From: Pseudomonadota bacterium
GTDB taxonomy: Bacteria > Desulfobacterota > Desulfobacteria > Desulfobacterales > JBDRRP01
Reading direction: 5' to 3'
DNA: 50,894 bases
Assembly: GCA_043825735.1 (NCBI GenBank)
Contig: JBDRRP010000006.1
Location: forward strand, 1 to 50,894
The notes under the pieces were generated by a model that saw only the letters and a program-made list of their open reading frames with translations, was not told the origin of the DNA and searched no databases. Of this stretch, positions 11,001 through 19,573 are shown in pieces. A program made the translations under genes and the position numbers. Numbering within the stretch: the first letter of the stretch is position 1; every line of letters starts with the position of its first letter.

Positions 11001-11736
11001 GCAGCCTGGCGGACGACAGATCAAACACTCCGACCAGATAGATTTTCTGCGTCTTGTCCTTGCCGAGATTGTCGCGAATCCAACCGATCCACTGAAGAAA
11101 ATTGGGGTCGTCCCCGGAAAATCCGATCAGGCAGAAGGTGTTCTCAAGAAGCGCCTGCTGAACGGTATTGACGAAAGGGGCATAGTCGTGCGGATAACGC
11201 CGGTAATCCTCTTCGGTGATGATGAAGGGGCGCTCCGAAGGGAAGCTGCCGTGGAGCTTCACAATTCTGGGCTTGATGGCGTAAGGGATATCTTCTTTGT
11301 TGACCACCGGCTCATACCGCCGAGTCACGACCTTGGCGCTGGCCCGTTCTAACAAGGTGTCGTAATTGGTGGTGAACACATCCACCCACGGCAACTCAAG
11401 CAACTCGACATGGAGGCCGGATGGTTCGATATTCAGATCCGGGATGTTGGAGCGCAGCAAATTCTCCAGCGCGGGCCGACCGATGGCCGCCTGAACCTCC
11501 TCAGCCAGCCGCAGGACATTCAGATACTTTTGTTTGGCTGGATCAGGCGTAACCCCATGCGCCTTTTGATAAAAAAGGTCGCCCAGCTGGTTCCAATCGG
11601 GAAACCCATTCCCCGCGTTCTTGCTGAAGCCCGCGCCGACCATCACAGCGGCTCGCTCGGCCCATAAACGTTCCGCGATTTCGTTCAAATAGGGGCGGAT
11701 CGAATCCGGCACATCGGCTTCGAATTCTTTGCTCAT
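8005..11736 (-). CDS. Large SIR2-domain defence protein (Dsr1-like NADase)
   Basis: N-terminal VGAGFS, FTTNYD, KLHGS and LIGFSGDDPNF; ~950 aa helical C-terminus. SIR2 domain is secure; the Dsr1 subfamily call is by resemblance. Confidence 0.8.
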   Translation of the reverse strand: MSKEFEADVPDSIRPYLNEIAERLWAERAAVMVGAGFSKNAGNGFPDWNQLGDLFYQKAHGVTPDPAKQKYLNVLRLAEEVQAAIGRPALENLLRSNIPDLNIEPSGLHVELLELPWVDVFTTNYDTLLERASAKVVTRRYEPVVNKEDIPYAIKPRIVKLHGSFPSERPFIITEEDYRRYPHDYAPFVNTVQQALLENTFCLIGFSGDDPNFLQWIGWIRDNLGKDKTQKIYLVGVFDLSSARLQLLAQRGIIVVDLSCCDGIEKHDHKKALSRFFDYIRSKKPDALDWPYNPKTMHPAHGADRIEEVQKITEEWRRQRQAYPGWLILPHGNRENLWVFTDAWVNYLPGTEKPPPGLDIQYAFELIWRLERCLLPVFNNIAEFCEKLLEKYWPFQNGNPPAKSQIHPGENKFQDLPWNDLRQAWLAIAVAMLRFYREEGYLDKWKEAEIRLKTLSDHLSAEQREFLNYEGFLFSLFTLDLPNAKQRLENWRPNESQPYWMAKRAAALAEIGLLSEAETIARDALENVRKKLNQKVGMADLTLVSLESNAMLLGKYIQDAASLEKSEWGTLQDKRTQFNDRWNELKGFKCDPWNEIKLFELTLKNPPVERKIVTEKREFDIGRVTRSRHFSSTDQEALSAYSFLRFCEEVGLPFGVGNFSIAKIKDTAKASLQRISRYSSFWAIATLARLGDTKAVDSLFSRESVYRFTAHEADQLIHGYLDALNKCRDDIHAGDAFRNDSYGVRLAQLLPEVMSRLCCKCSGETKHRVLEFVTGIYASPDKTNYRNVKDLTNRLISSMSEVEQCSLVPDLLKIPFPENLNLLVKDEFLNPFLLLELDHKPECAPALEIQPGLVDHLFRQATLDDSDRRRWAITSLVTLHKLQLLDDGQSKNLAEAIWRVTDQYGLPDATDFYKFAFLGFPHPEKVDPTQLFKNYVMSTIFPIQKNKQDKGVGITGGNIPIVHEVIGANGNGGSIWTAEDATEILQRLLEWWDADKDRLSEKENVPEGFSSIPEEFRARFARMLELLAEVVGPKLSTDSPDEIKTPLSRLLKEVREYGLPGLAAEAACLHIYPDQKADVYNRINEALIPNQDNIQRDGLRAIAKIILDGNDAAASSVEPDPASMLSQYLKWCPTHSISSALWIIVRILKNSPTSFSHSLEAAAQRRLDRLLADTAYDSDNPDLNFDEKLEVRRISSILVAALWSYYNSRSLPVPEVVEKWRAACLSPDEFSEIRNAWGDCERV

Positions 11737-12908
11737 AGTACCCCCCTGAAGGCCTTGGCGAGAAGTGCAGCATGAAAGGCCTTGAGTTCTTCCTCGATAC
11801 CAGCGGTTTCAAGCTGGATGAGCTGCCGACGCTTGGCGATTTCCGCAAAGCGTTTCTGTTCGTCGTATTCCGGAACGGGCACAAGAATCTTTTCCAGCTT
11901 TTTGAGCCCAAGTGTCCGGTTTCTTCCTGCCGAGCCGGGTGAAGCGGCTCGGATGTTTTCGATACCGCGTTCTCCCAGAAAGTGGTGACAGAGGAATTCT
12001 GACGTAGCCTGCCCTTCGTGGGGCACATAGGTAATAAATCGGTGCGAACCGACCCGGCCTTGGTCTTCGGCCTTGGCGACAGCTATCGCCTTTTCCCAGG
12101 CAAAGACGTTGTTGAAGACGAGGTCGCCTTGGTGGATGGTGTAAATCCGTTTGTTGCCGATCTGCTTGCCGGTCAACACCGGCTTCTGGAAGGTGCCCTT
12201 GCCAAAGCTGCGGATGCCCATTTCTTCATAATGACCGTCCGGCTTAGTCTTGACCGCCCGGCGAACGAGTGACGCAATCTCTTTGAGGGGCTTCCACTCA
12301 ACCCCTTCGATCATTCTGCTGTAGAGTGCCTGGAGCAGTGCATCAAGCTCGGCTTCCCGTTCGGCGGCAAGATTCCGAGCCTCTTCGGCGCGGCGGGTCA
12401 GCTCCTCGATCCGCGCCACGATCCGGCGTTGTTCGTCAACAGGAGGCAAGGGAATTGTTGCCTCTCGAAGAAAATCCACAGGAACTCTCTGTTGCCCAGC
12501 GGCTCCGTGCATATTTTTCTTTGCTTCTTCGCGGAATTCTCTGTTGCGAACAAATAGATGCAGCCATTCAGGGGTAGTCAATTGTCCCGAACGCAAAACA
12601 TGAAATTCCGTCGTTCCGAAACCAATTCCGTTCATCAGATTACGGGCTATTGCAGATTTTCCGTTTTCCATGCAGGGAGTAATTTTGGCAAATACGACAT
12701 CGCCCTCGGCAAAATAGGTATACCCTTTTCGTACTTCTCCAATGCTTTTCACCTCCGACACGTCCATAGTCCCTGAGACATCGTCAACACGAGCCATTGG
12801 CACGAATGAAACGGGGATGCCGTCCTCGACTTTGGCGACTTCCCTTTTCTTAGGGTTTAGCAGGCAAACCTCATCGTCACCAAGTTTTCGTAGGGGCCAA
12901 TCACTCAT
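11733..12908 (-). CDS. hsdS: Type I R-M specificity subunit
   Basis: Two TRDs followed by conserved IPLPPVDEQRRIV and VPVPEYDEQKRF repeats. Confidence 0.92.
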   Translation of the reverse strand: MSDWPLRKLGDDEVCLLNPKKREVAKVEDGIPVSFVPMARVDDVSGTMDVSEVKSIGEVRKGYTYFAEGDVVFAKITPCMENGKSAIARNLMNGIGFGTTEFHVLRSGQLTTPEWLHLFVRNREFREEAKKNMHGAAGQQRVPVDFLREATIPLPPVDEQRRIVARIEELTRRAEEARNLAAEREAELDALLQALYSRMIEGVEWKPLKEIASLVRRAVKTKPDGHYEEMGIRSFGKGTFQKPVLTGKQIGNKRIYTIHQGDLVFNNVFAWEKAIAVAKAEDQGRVGSHRFITYVPHEGQATSEFLCHHFLGERGIENIRAASPGSAGRNRTLGLKKLEKILVPVPEYDEQKRFAEIAKRRQLIQLETAGIEEELKAFHAALLAKAFRGVL

Positions 12909-14434
12909 TCCCCATTCCCTCCGGCCAGCAATTCCTGCATCTCGGCAATCAGCCCCAGAATCCGCTCCTCCTTGGCGGCGACCGAGGCCAGAATCTCCTC
13001 CGGCTCGGCGTGTTCGACCGTCTCCGCCTCGATCAGGCCCAGCCCGGAAAGAGTCATGTTGTAGCCGCTGTCGATGATCCGCTGCGCCGGAACCAGCCAG
13101 GCGCGGCCCTCCTCGGTTTTGCGCTCAGGCCACATGGCCAGCAGGTCGGGGAAGTCGTTGCGGTACTGGCTGCCGAACTTTCGAGCCTTGGAAAGGGACG
13201 AACCGTCGCCGTCCACCTTGAAGAACCAGACGTTTTCGGTGGCCCTGCCGGTGTTCCGGAAGATGAAGAAACAGGTGGGGTTTGGCGTGTAGGGCTCGAA
13301 CATCCCTTTGGGCAGGATCACCACTGCCTGCAGGTCGAACTCGCGCAGCAGCCGCTCCTTGACGGTGACGTGGCTTCCGGTATCGCCAAAAAGAATGCCG
13401 TTGGGGAAGATGATCCCGGCGGTGCCGCCGGGCCGCAGGCTGCGAAGGGCATGGGCCAGAAAGAGGACGTACTTGTCGCCCTTTTCGATGCGCAGCGAGC
13501 GCTTGGCGTCGCCCCGCGATCCGGAGAAGGGCGGATTTTCAAGGATGTAATCGAACTGGATTTCGTCCCACTTGTCCTCGCCGCCGCAGATGGAGTCGCG
13601 CTGGACCATGGGGCAGCGGTCGAAGCCGTGGAGCATGGCGTTCATGGCGGCCATGCGCAGGATGTCCTGATCGCCGTCGAATCCGTAAAAGGCTCCGGTC
13701 TGCAGGAAATCCCACTGGGCGCGGCTCAGCTTGTCGCCGATGCCGATCTTGCGCACCCCGCCGTCGGGCGACACCTTTTCGTGGACGAATTCCGGGCTTG
13801 TGTTGGCCAGCAGCATGTGCTCGTAGGCGGCGATCAGAAAACCGCCGGAGCCGCAGGCCGGGTCGCAGACGGTGCCGCCGATCCTGGGATCGACCATCTG
13901 GGTCAGCACCCGGATCAGGTGGCGCGGGGTGCGGAACTGAGCCGCCTTCTTTTGTCCGCCCAGCTCGCTGGCCAGATATTCGAAGAGGTCGCCCTTGACG
14001 TCGGCATCCATGCCGAGAAAGGAGATGGGCGCGATGATGTCCACTGCCCGCCGCAGGGTCGCTCCGTTGGGGATGACGATGGCGGCGTTGCGGAAAATGG
14101 CCCGCGCCCCCTGGGAGAGCTCCGGGTGCTTGGCCAGCAGCTGCAGGGTGTCGCGCAGGGTGCGCAGCATGGCCTCATTGTCCGGATTGGAGGTAAGCAC
14201 ACTCCAGCGCAGGGGGTCGAAATCGAATTCCTCATTCCCTTCCTTGAACGTGCCGAACAAGGTGCGGTAGTTGCCGTTGCGGGCCTCCTGCTGCTCGTGG
14301 TCCATCTCCTCCAGCATCTTCAGAAAGAGCAGGTAGGAGATCTGGGTGACATAGGTGATGGGGTTGGTGACGTTGTTGTCCCACATCACCTTGCAGAGAG
14401 ATTTGAGGGTGTTTTGCAGTTGACCGCTGTCCAT
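12905..14434 (-). CDS. hsdM: Type I R-M N6-adenine methyltransferase
   Basis: QFRTPR, DPACGSGGFL, NPPF. Confidence 0.93.
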   Translation of the reverse strand: MDSGQLQNTLKSLCKVMWDNNVTNPITYVTQISYLLFLKMLEEMDHEQQEARNGNYRTLFGTFKEGNEEFDFDPLRWSVLTSNPDNEAMLRTLRDTLQLLAKHPELSQGARAIFRNAAIVIPNGATLRRAVDIIAPISFLGMDADVKGDLFEYLASELGGQKKAAQFRTPRHLIRVLTQMVDPRIGGTVCDPACGSGGFLIAAYEHMLLANTSPEFVHEKVSPDGGVRKIGIGDKLSRAQWDFLQTGAFYGFDGDQDILRMAAMNAMLHGFDRCPMVQRDSICGGEDKWDEIQFDYILENPPFSGSRGDAKRSLRIEKGDKYVLFLAHALRSLRPGGTAGIIFPNGILFGDTGSHVTVKERLLREFDLQAVVILPKGMFEPYTPNPTCFFIFRNTGRATENVWFFKVDGDGSSLSKARKFGSQYRNDFPDLLAMWPERKTEEGRAWLVPAQRIIDSGYNMTLSGLGLIEAETVEHAEPEEILASVAAKEERILGLIAEMQELLAGGNGE

Positions 14435-14452
14435 CAGGAATCCTTATCTTTA

Positions 14453-16807
14453 TTACGCCGCAAGCAGGGCGTTCAGTTCGTCGACCATTTCCAGCAGCTG
14501 TTCCTTGCCGAAAAGCTGTTCCATACGGGTCAATCCGCCCCAGAGGGAGAACGGCGGCTGGCTGAAGAGACGCATGGTGATCTCCTCGCCGGTCATAACC
14601 CGCGCCTTGAGCAGGCGAAGCATCTGGGCCTGGGCCGGATTGATGCTGCTGGAGTGTTCCGAGACCCAGGCGTTGAAGGCTTTCTCGATGCGCTCGTCCC
14701 GGGTGAGGAAGCGATCCAGCCCCAGGGCCACACGGATGAAATCGGTGAGCGAGCCGGTGGGCTGCTCGAAGGCCCGGCGCAGGGTCTCTTCGTTGAAATA
14801 GTGCCGGGGCGAGTTGAGACGGCGTGCGAGCGCCTCCCATTCATCGTCGGCCAGTTCCTCGCCACGGAAGATCTTTTCCACCGCCGGATCGGTGCGTTTG
14901 AGCTCGACCACCTTCTTTTCCCATTCCTCGCGGTAGGTCTTGCGATCCATGGCCAACCCTTCCGGGCCGACCAGGATGATCTCGCGGGAGCGGATTTCGT
15001 CGTCGAGCGAACCCTCGGCGATGGTGAGAAACTCGCGATGGCCGCCCTCGGGATAGGTGGTTCCGGTTTCCGGCTGCGGCACGTCGCCTTCTTCAATCTC
15101 GCCGGTTTCGGCCGGACGTGAACCGGGAGAGACGCCGACCAGTTTCGGTTTGTCGTACCGCTCACCGGGGTCGTTGAACCGCTTCGAGTTGCCGACAAAG
15201 TCGTAGATGATGAATTCTTCCTTGCCGATCTTCGGGCACAGACGGCTGCCGCGTCCGCGCATCTGAGCGTATTTGATGGGCGACTTGGTCGGCCGCAGCA
15301 TGATCAGGTTTTCAATGTCCTTCTGATCGTAACCGGTGTCGAGCATGTCCACGGATACGGCGACCAGCGGCAGCGGGTCGTACTTGAATTCATCGATAAT
15401 CGGCTTGGGGTTGCCATTGTTGGTGTAGCAGGTGATCTTCTTGGCGAAACTCTGCCGAACCTCGGATGGCGAACGGTTGATCTGCCCCGAGATGCGCAGG
15501 CAGTCTTCGTCGGAAAGTAGCTTGTTGAACAGGCGCACGAGGATCGACGCCTGTTTTTCAGACACCGCAAAGACAATGGTCTTGCGCGGCCTGACCCTGG
15601 CCCGTTCAGCGTCAGCGGCGTAGTACTCCTGCAGGATGGTCTTGAGCCGGTCTTCGGATTCCACGTCGCGGCCCCAGGCACCGGGCTTGATCTCTTCGTC
15701 CTCCCACTCGGCCCCTTCGAAGGTCAAAACGCTTTCGGCGTGATAGACGCGATACTTGGTGAGATACCCATCGTTGATGCCGCGCTGGATGCCGTACTCA
15801 AAGGTAGGGCGGCCTTCTTTTTTGGCAGCGTCCCAGCAATCGAAAAAGATGTAAGTGTTGCGAACCAGACGGCGCTCGTGTTCGCTGATAAAGTGCAACT
15901 CTCCGGGGTTGGGGGTAGCAGTCAGGCCGACGTGGATGGCGTCGAAGTGACCGAGCGTGGCCCGGTGGGTGTTGTAGATTGAACGGTGGCATTCGTCGGT
16001 GACCACCAAATCGAAATACCCATGGCCGAAACCGTTGCCGCCGAGTTGGGTGGCAATGGTGTCCAGGGTGCCGACGACGATCTGCCCTTCCAGGCTGCGC
16101 TTGCCGCCGTAAAGGATGACCGTCGGCCAGTCGAGCAGGTATTCGTCGAAGGTTTCCTTGGCCTGTTTGGCCAATTCGATGCGGTCGACCAGAAAGAGCA
16201 CGCGGGAAATGATGGCCGTTTGCAACCATCGCTTCATCATCATGGCTATGGTCAGGGTCTTGCCCGTACCGGTGGCCATCTCAAAGAGCATGCGTCGCCG
16301 ACCGGCGATGAGCGCGTCATCCGCTTTTTGCAGACACTCAAGTTGGTAGGGACGTGCCTCGACCTCTTCGCCCTTGAAATCGAAGCGATGCGGCAGGGGT
16401 TGCAGTGACAGGCTCTGCCGGATGTCTCCCTTGCGGTGGACCTTGATATTGGCCCGCCGTTCGAGATCGGCCTGGCTGGGGAAACCCATCACCGGCCGGG
16501 CATCTCCATCGGTGTAATCCCAGAAATAGTGCTCCTGACCATTGCTCAGGATGACAAAAGGCGCTTTCAGCGTCAGGGCATACGCCTTGGCCTGCTCCTT
16601 GGCGGTGTAGGGATCGACAGCAAAACGCTTGGCCTCAAGAACTGCCAGCGGACGACTCCGCGTATCCTTCAAGAGGTAATCGGCGCGGCCGTCGGCGGCA
16701 GCCTCCTCCGTGGAGACCTGCGCTTTGTTGGTGATGCACCAACCTGCCTGCTCAAGCAGCCTGTCAATCAATATGCGGGCATCAGCTTCTGTGCTCATAG
16801 GCTGCAT
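14453..16807 (-). CDS. hsdR: Type I R-M restriction subunit (EcoAI/EcoEI-like)
   Basis: ADYLL...LEAKR nuclease motif; MATGTGKT, DECHR, TATP, QMRGRGSR. Confidence 0.9.
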   Translation of the reverse strand: MQPMSTEADARILIDRLLEQAGWCITNKAQVSTEEAAADGRADYLLKDTRSRPLAVLEAKRFAVDPYTAKEQAKAYALTLKAPFVILSNGQEHYFWDYTDGDARPVMGFPSQADLERRANIKVHRKGDIRQSLSLQPLPHRFDFKGEEVEARPYQLECLQKADDALIAGRRRMLFEMATGTGKTLTIAMMMKRWLQTAIISRVLFLVDRIELAKQAKETFDEYLLDWPTVILYGGKRSLEGQIVVGTLDTIATQLGGNGFGHGYFDLVVTDECHRSIYNTHRATLGHFDAIHVGLTATPNPGELHFISEHERRLVRNTYIFFDCWDAAKKEGRPTFEYGIQRGINDGYLTKYRVYHAESVLTFEGAEWEDEEIKPGAWGRDVESEDRLKTILQEYYAADAERARVRPRKTIVFAVSEKQASILVRLFNKLLSDEDCLRISGQINRSPSEVRQSFAKKITCYTNNGNPKPIIDEFKYDPLPLVAVSVDMLDTGYDQKDIENLIMLRPTKSPIKYAQMRGRGSRLCPKIGKEEFIIYDFVGNSKRFNDPGERYDKPKLVGVSPGSRPAETGEIEEGDVPQPETGTTYPEGGHREFLTIAEGSLDDEIRSREIILVGPEGLAMDRKTYREEWEKKVVELKRTDPAVEKIFRGEELADDEWEALARRLNSPRHYFNEETLRRAFEQPTGSLTDFIRVALGLDRFLTRDERIEKAFNAWVSEHSSSINPAQAQMLRLLKARVMTGEEITMRLFSQPPFSLWGGLTRMEQLFGKEQLLEMVDELNALLAA

Positions 16808-16825
16808 CCCTACTTGTTCACTAAA

Positions 16826-17053
16826 TTACAATTCATCTTGGCCACCACGATTCTTGACCGACTCCGCACTCTCCGCCGCGCCGCCGGATTCAACCCAGGC
16901 ATCCACTTGGCTTTTCTTGAACTTCCAGAGGCGGCCCATGCGGTGCGCGGGCATGCCATGCTTGTCGATCCATTTGTACACGGTGTCATTGCTGACCCCG
17001 AGGTATTTGCAGATCTCGGTTATCGACAACCAGCGGTCTTCCATCTCGTTCAT
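16826..17053 (-). CDS. Excisionase-type HTH protein (MAD1-like regulator)
   Basis: MEDRWLSITEICKYLGVSNDTVYKWI...GRLWKFK; start reassigned to the ATG at 17053. Confidence 0.85.
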   Translation of the reverse strand: MNEMEDRWLSITEICKYLGVSNDTVYKWIDKHGMPAHRMGRLWKFKKSQVDAWVESGGAAESAESVKNRGGQDEL

Positions 17054-17424
17054 GCTCAAAACTCCACGGGCGTTTGGTTTGCGGCCACGTCCGCCAGAGG
17101 CGAAACGGGAGGGTGCTGGACACACCTCACCCAGAATAAAAACTTCCTTAATATACATAGGCCATTCGTACGAAGTCAAACGATCTTTGCCGATTTCGGC
17201 CGAATTTATGCGAACTCAATCGACGCCATAGGTCGTGTGCCAGCTTGACCGAACAAGCACAAGGAGTGGCCAAGATTTTTTACGACCTGAACTGACACAT
17301 CCCGCCGCCACCCGGTAAGTAAGCCCCATGGATATCAGTGAGCACGAAAAAAACCCCGACGCCCGACACTTTCTCCGTTTCTCCGTTAAGTAAGGGCATA
17401 AACCAAATCGAGGAGTGACCGACC

Positions 17425-17613
17425 ATGGACATCAACGACCTGTTTGACGGAATCATGAAGAGTATCAACCAGTTTGCCGACGAAATCGCCGAGCAGCGGT
17501 TGCTGGAAAAAATGCAGGAAACCGGACGAGGTCCGGAGAATGGGGGTAAGAATGCGGAGAATTTCGAGGCGAAAGAGAAGCGGGGTGTGACGGATTTCCC
17601 GAAAAGGGAGTGA
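17425..17613 (+). CDS. Small hypothetical protein
   Basis: GAGGAG RBS upstream, ATG start, terminator downstream. Confidence 0.5.
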   Translation: MDINDLFDGIMKSINQFADEIAEQRLLEKMQETGRGPENGGKNAENFEAKEKRGVTDFPKRE

Positions 17614-17675
17614 TCGGGGCGGTAGCGCCGATACCCTGAAATCGGCGTAAGTTACTGACAAAACGCAGAAAAACA

Positions 17676-17724
17676 AAACCCGTCCAATAACCAGACGCGG
17701 TTAGTGGACGGGTCTGTCTTTTTT
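17676..17724. terminator. Bidirectional intrinsic terminator
   Basis: ACCCGTCCA-a-TAACC / GGTTA-g-TGGACGGGT stem flanked by A and T runs. Confidence 0.75.
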
Positions 17725-17727
17725 AAA

Positions 17728-17741
17728 TGGTGGAGGCGGGG
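17728..17741 (-). other. att remnant: duplicated tmRNA-like 3' end (CCCCGCCTCCACCA)
   Basis: Matches the acceptor-stem 3' strand of ssrA/tRNA-Ala. No 5' part of the gene is present. On the minus strand it is followed by a terminator. Confidence 0.65.
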
Positions 17742-17759
17742 ACCATCAAAATATATCAA

Positions 17760-17822
17760 TAACTAACTGTAATACTTTCAAATTACAATTCGATTTAAAA
17801 AATATACCGTCAAAAATACCGT
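17760..17822. repeat. Putative integrase arm-type sites
   Basis: TAACTAACTGT at 17760 and ATACCGT at 17804 and 17816. The same motif set occurs at 32213-32299. Confidence 0.6.
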
Positions 17823-18201
17823 TGTAAAAAAGTTCATAACGCAATAATTCTATTTGATAACGGCTTGCTCCCTCACCTTGATATCGATCACAGTCTATGT
17901 CAGGTTGTTATTATCCACCTCATGCTCCGATCTGAATGGAAAAACACCTTACAAGGATAACGTTGACCAGCACCACGCTTGGGGGCTTTATGAACCATTT
18001 CGATAAATTATGCGTGGAGAGCTTTGTGGCGTCAAGATGATTTAGGGTGGCAACCACTCGATAGAGGTATTGTTCTCACTGACATTGTGAGGAATACAGG
18101 CAACATTCCTTGAAAATCCCGTTCGAGGACTGTGGCAAACAGTGCTCGGTTCAGAAGGAGCCCTCATTCCTCTAAAATAGCATCCTTGGGTAGGAAGGAT
18201 T

Positions 18202-19302
18202 ATGAGAAAGATCATCTGGGTACTGGCATTGATCGTGATTGCGGGAGGAGCCTACCTTTGCTTGTGGCCTGTGCCCATAGAACCGGTGAGTTGGAAAGCC
18301 CCAGCAGCACCGTCATACACAGGCGTACATTCGGCTAACAGTCGATTGTCCGGGCTAAATATTATCTCCCTCGGCGGAGAGGAAGGCCCAGAGCACATCG
18401 TGCTGGGTCAGGATGACAAGCTTTATGCCGCCGTAGCCAGCGGCAACATCCTCAGGATGAATCCAGATGGTTCGGCTCAGGAGGTGTTCATCAATACTGG
18501 AGGCCGGGTTTTTGGCTTCGATTTCGACGGTAAAAGGAACCTTATAGCTGCTGACGCTATCAAGGGTCTCTTGTCCATAAGTCCCGGTCGAGAGATCACG
18601 GTTTTGGCTGATAAAGTCGGAGAGGACCCGATTCGCTATGCCGATGCAGTAGTTGTGGCCAGAAACGGAAAAGTCTATTTCAGTGATGCGTCGACCCGGT
18701 TTTCGCCGGCGGTATGGGGCGGCACCTTTGAGGCAAGCATCTTGGATTTACTCGAGCAATCGTCCACGGGTCGAATTCTTGAGTATGATCCTTCCCAAAA
18801 GACTACACGAGTCGTGGCACATGGGTTTAGTTTCGCCAACGGTGTGGCTCTGTCCGATGACCAAAAGACCCTGTTCGTTATCGAGAGCGGCAAGTATCGA
18901 GTATGGAAGATTGCGGTTGATGCTGACAACTTGAACGTGGCTGGCGGGTCATCCCAGGCTTCCGTTCTATTAAACAACCTGCCTGGATATCCGGATAACC
19001 TTATGCGCGGCCTGGACGGGAAAATCTGGCTGGGCTTTGTAAAGCCTCGCAGCTCGATAGTAGATTCGATGGCAGACAAACCTTTTCTACGCAAGGTCAT
19101 TTTTCGCCTGCCGCGTGTATTGTGGCCGGTGCCCAAAGCCTATGGACACGTGATTGCATTTACCGAGGACGGAAAGGTTGTGGCCGATTTGCAGGACCCG
19201 AAAGGGGCCTATCCCGAGACTACCGCAATTACTGAAACCAGTGATCGACTCTATGTACAGAGCCTTCACGCCAAAGGACTTGGCTGGATAATAAAAGACT
19301 GA
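18202..19302 (+). CDS. Strictosidine synthase-like / SMP-30-gluconolactonase family protein
   Basis: N-terminal TM segment, GPEH, YFSDAS, FANGVALS, LPGYPDN. Confidence 0.9.
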   Translation: MRKIIWVLALIVIAGGAYLCLWPVPIEPVSWKAPAAPSYTGVHSANSRLSGLNIISLGGEEGPEHIVLGQDDKLYAAVASGNILRMNPDGSAQEVFINTGGRVFGFDFDGKRNLIAADAIKGLLSISPGREITVLADKVGEDPIRYADAVVVARNGKVYFSDASTRFSPAVWGGTFEASILDLLEQSSTGRILEYDPSQKTTRVVAHGFSFANGVALSDDQKTLFVIESGKYRVWKIAVDADNLNVAGGSSQASVLLNNLPGYPDNLMRGLDGKIWLGFVKPRSSIVDSMADKPFLRKVIFRLPRVLWPVPKAYGHVIAFTEDGKVVADLQDPKGAYPETTAITETSDRLYVQSLHAKGLGWIIKD

Positions 19303-19369
19303 AAGTCGCTTGACTGACCGAGTTTAAAGCCATTGGATCAAGATTAGCCAAAGAAATGATTAGCTGATG

Positions 19370-19429
19370 AATGGCATACTCATTCCATCTGTTTCGAAAC
19401 GATTCCAGAATATTAGAGGCGTTGGCAAA
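19370..19429. repeat. Inter-cargo repeat copy A (core only)
   Basis: CATTCC at 19381, GATTCCAGAATATTA at 19401, GGCAAA at 19424. Confidence 0.85.
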
Positions 19430-19573
19430 CGTGCTCGTCTTTTGATTCGCGGTGAAAAATGCTGATATTGCGCAAATTTAAACGAGCGACAAGACAATCT
19501 GTATCAGAACAGCGCATACAATTTTTTTAATTTTGACAATTTCTGAATGCATATCGTCCAATAAAAGTGATTT

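Noticed and set aside
10348..11352. 334-aa plus-strand ORF
   Set aside because: Antisense shadow of the SIR2 gene.
13010..15121. 703-aa plus-strand ORF
   Set aside because: Antisense shadow of the GC-rich hsdM/hsdR genes; no recognisable motifs.
5045..17053. Calling the operon a MADS system
   Set aside because: Only the HTH resembles MADS; the rest is a canonical hsdRMS with different downstream genes.
17728..17830. Complete tRNA/tmRNA gene
   Set aside because: Only the last ~14 nt are present; the upstream sequence is AT-rich with no T-arm.
18105..18147. Possible extra repeat copy before the first cargo gene (CATTCC...GTGGCAAAC)
   Set aside because: Spacing is wrong and the central GATTCCAGAATATTA is missing.
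19370..19386. TGGCATACTCATTCC as a sigma54 promoter explaining the repeats
   Set aside because: Lacks the -12 TTGC, and the TGGCA part is present in only two copies.
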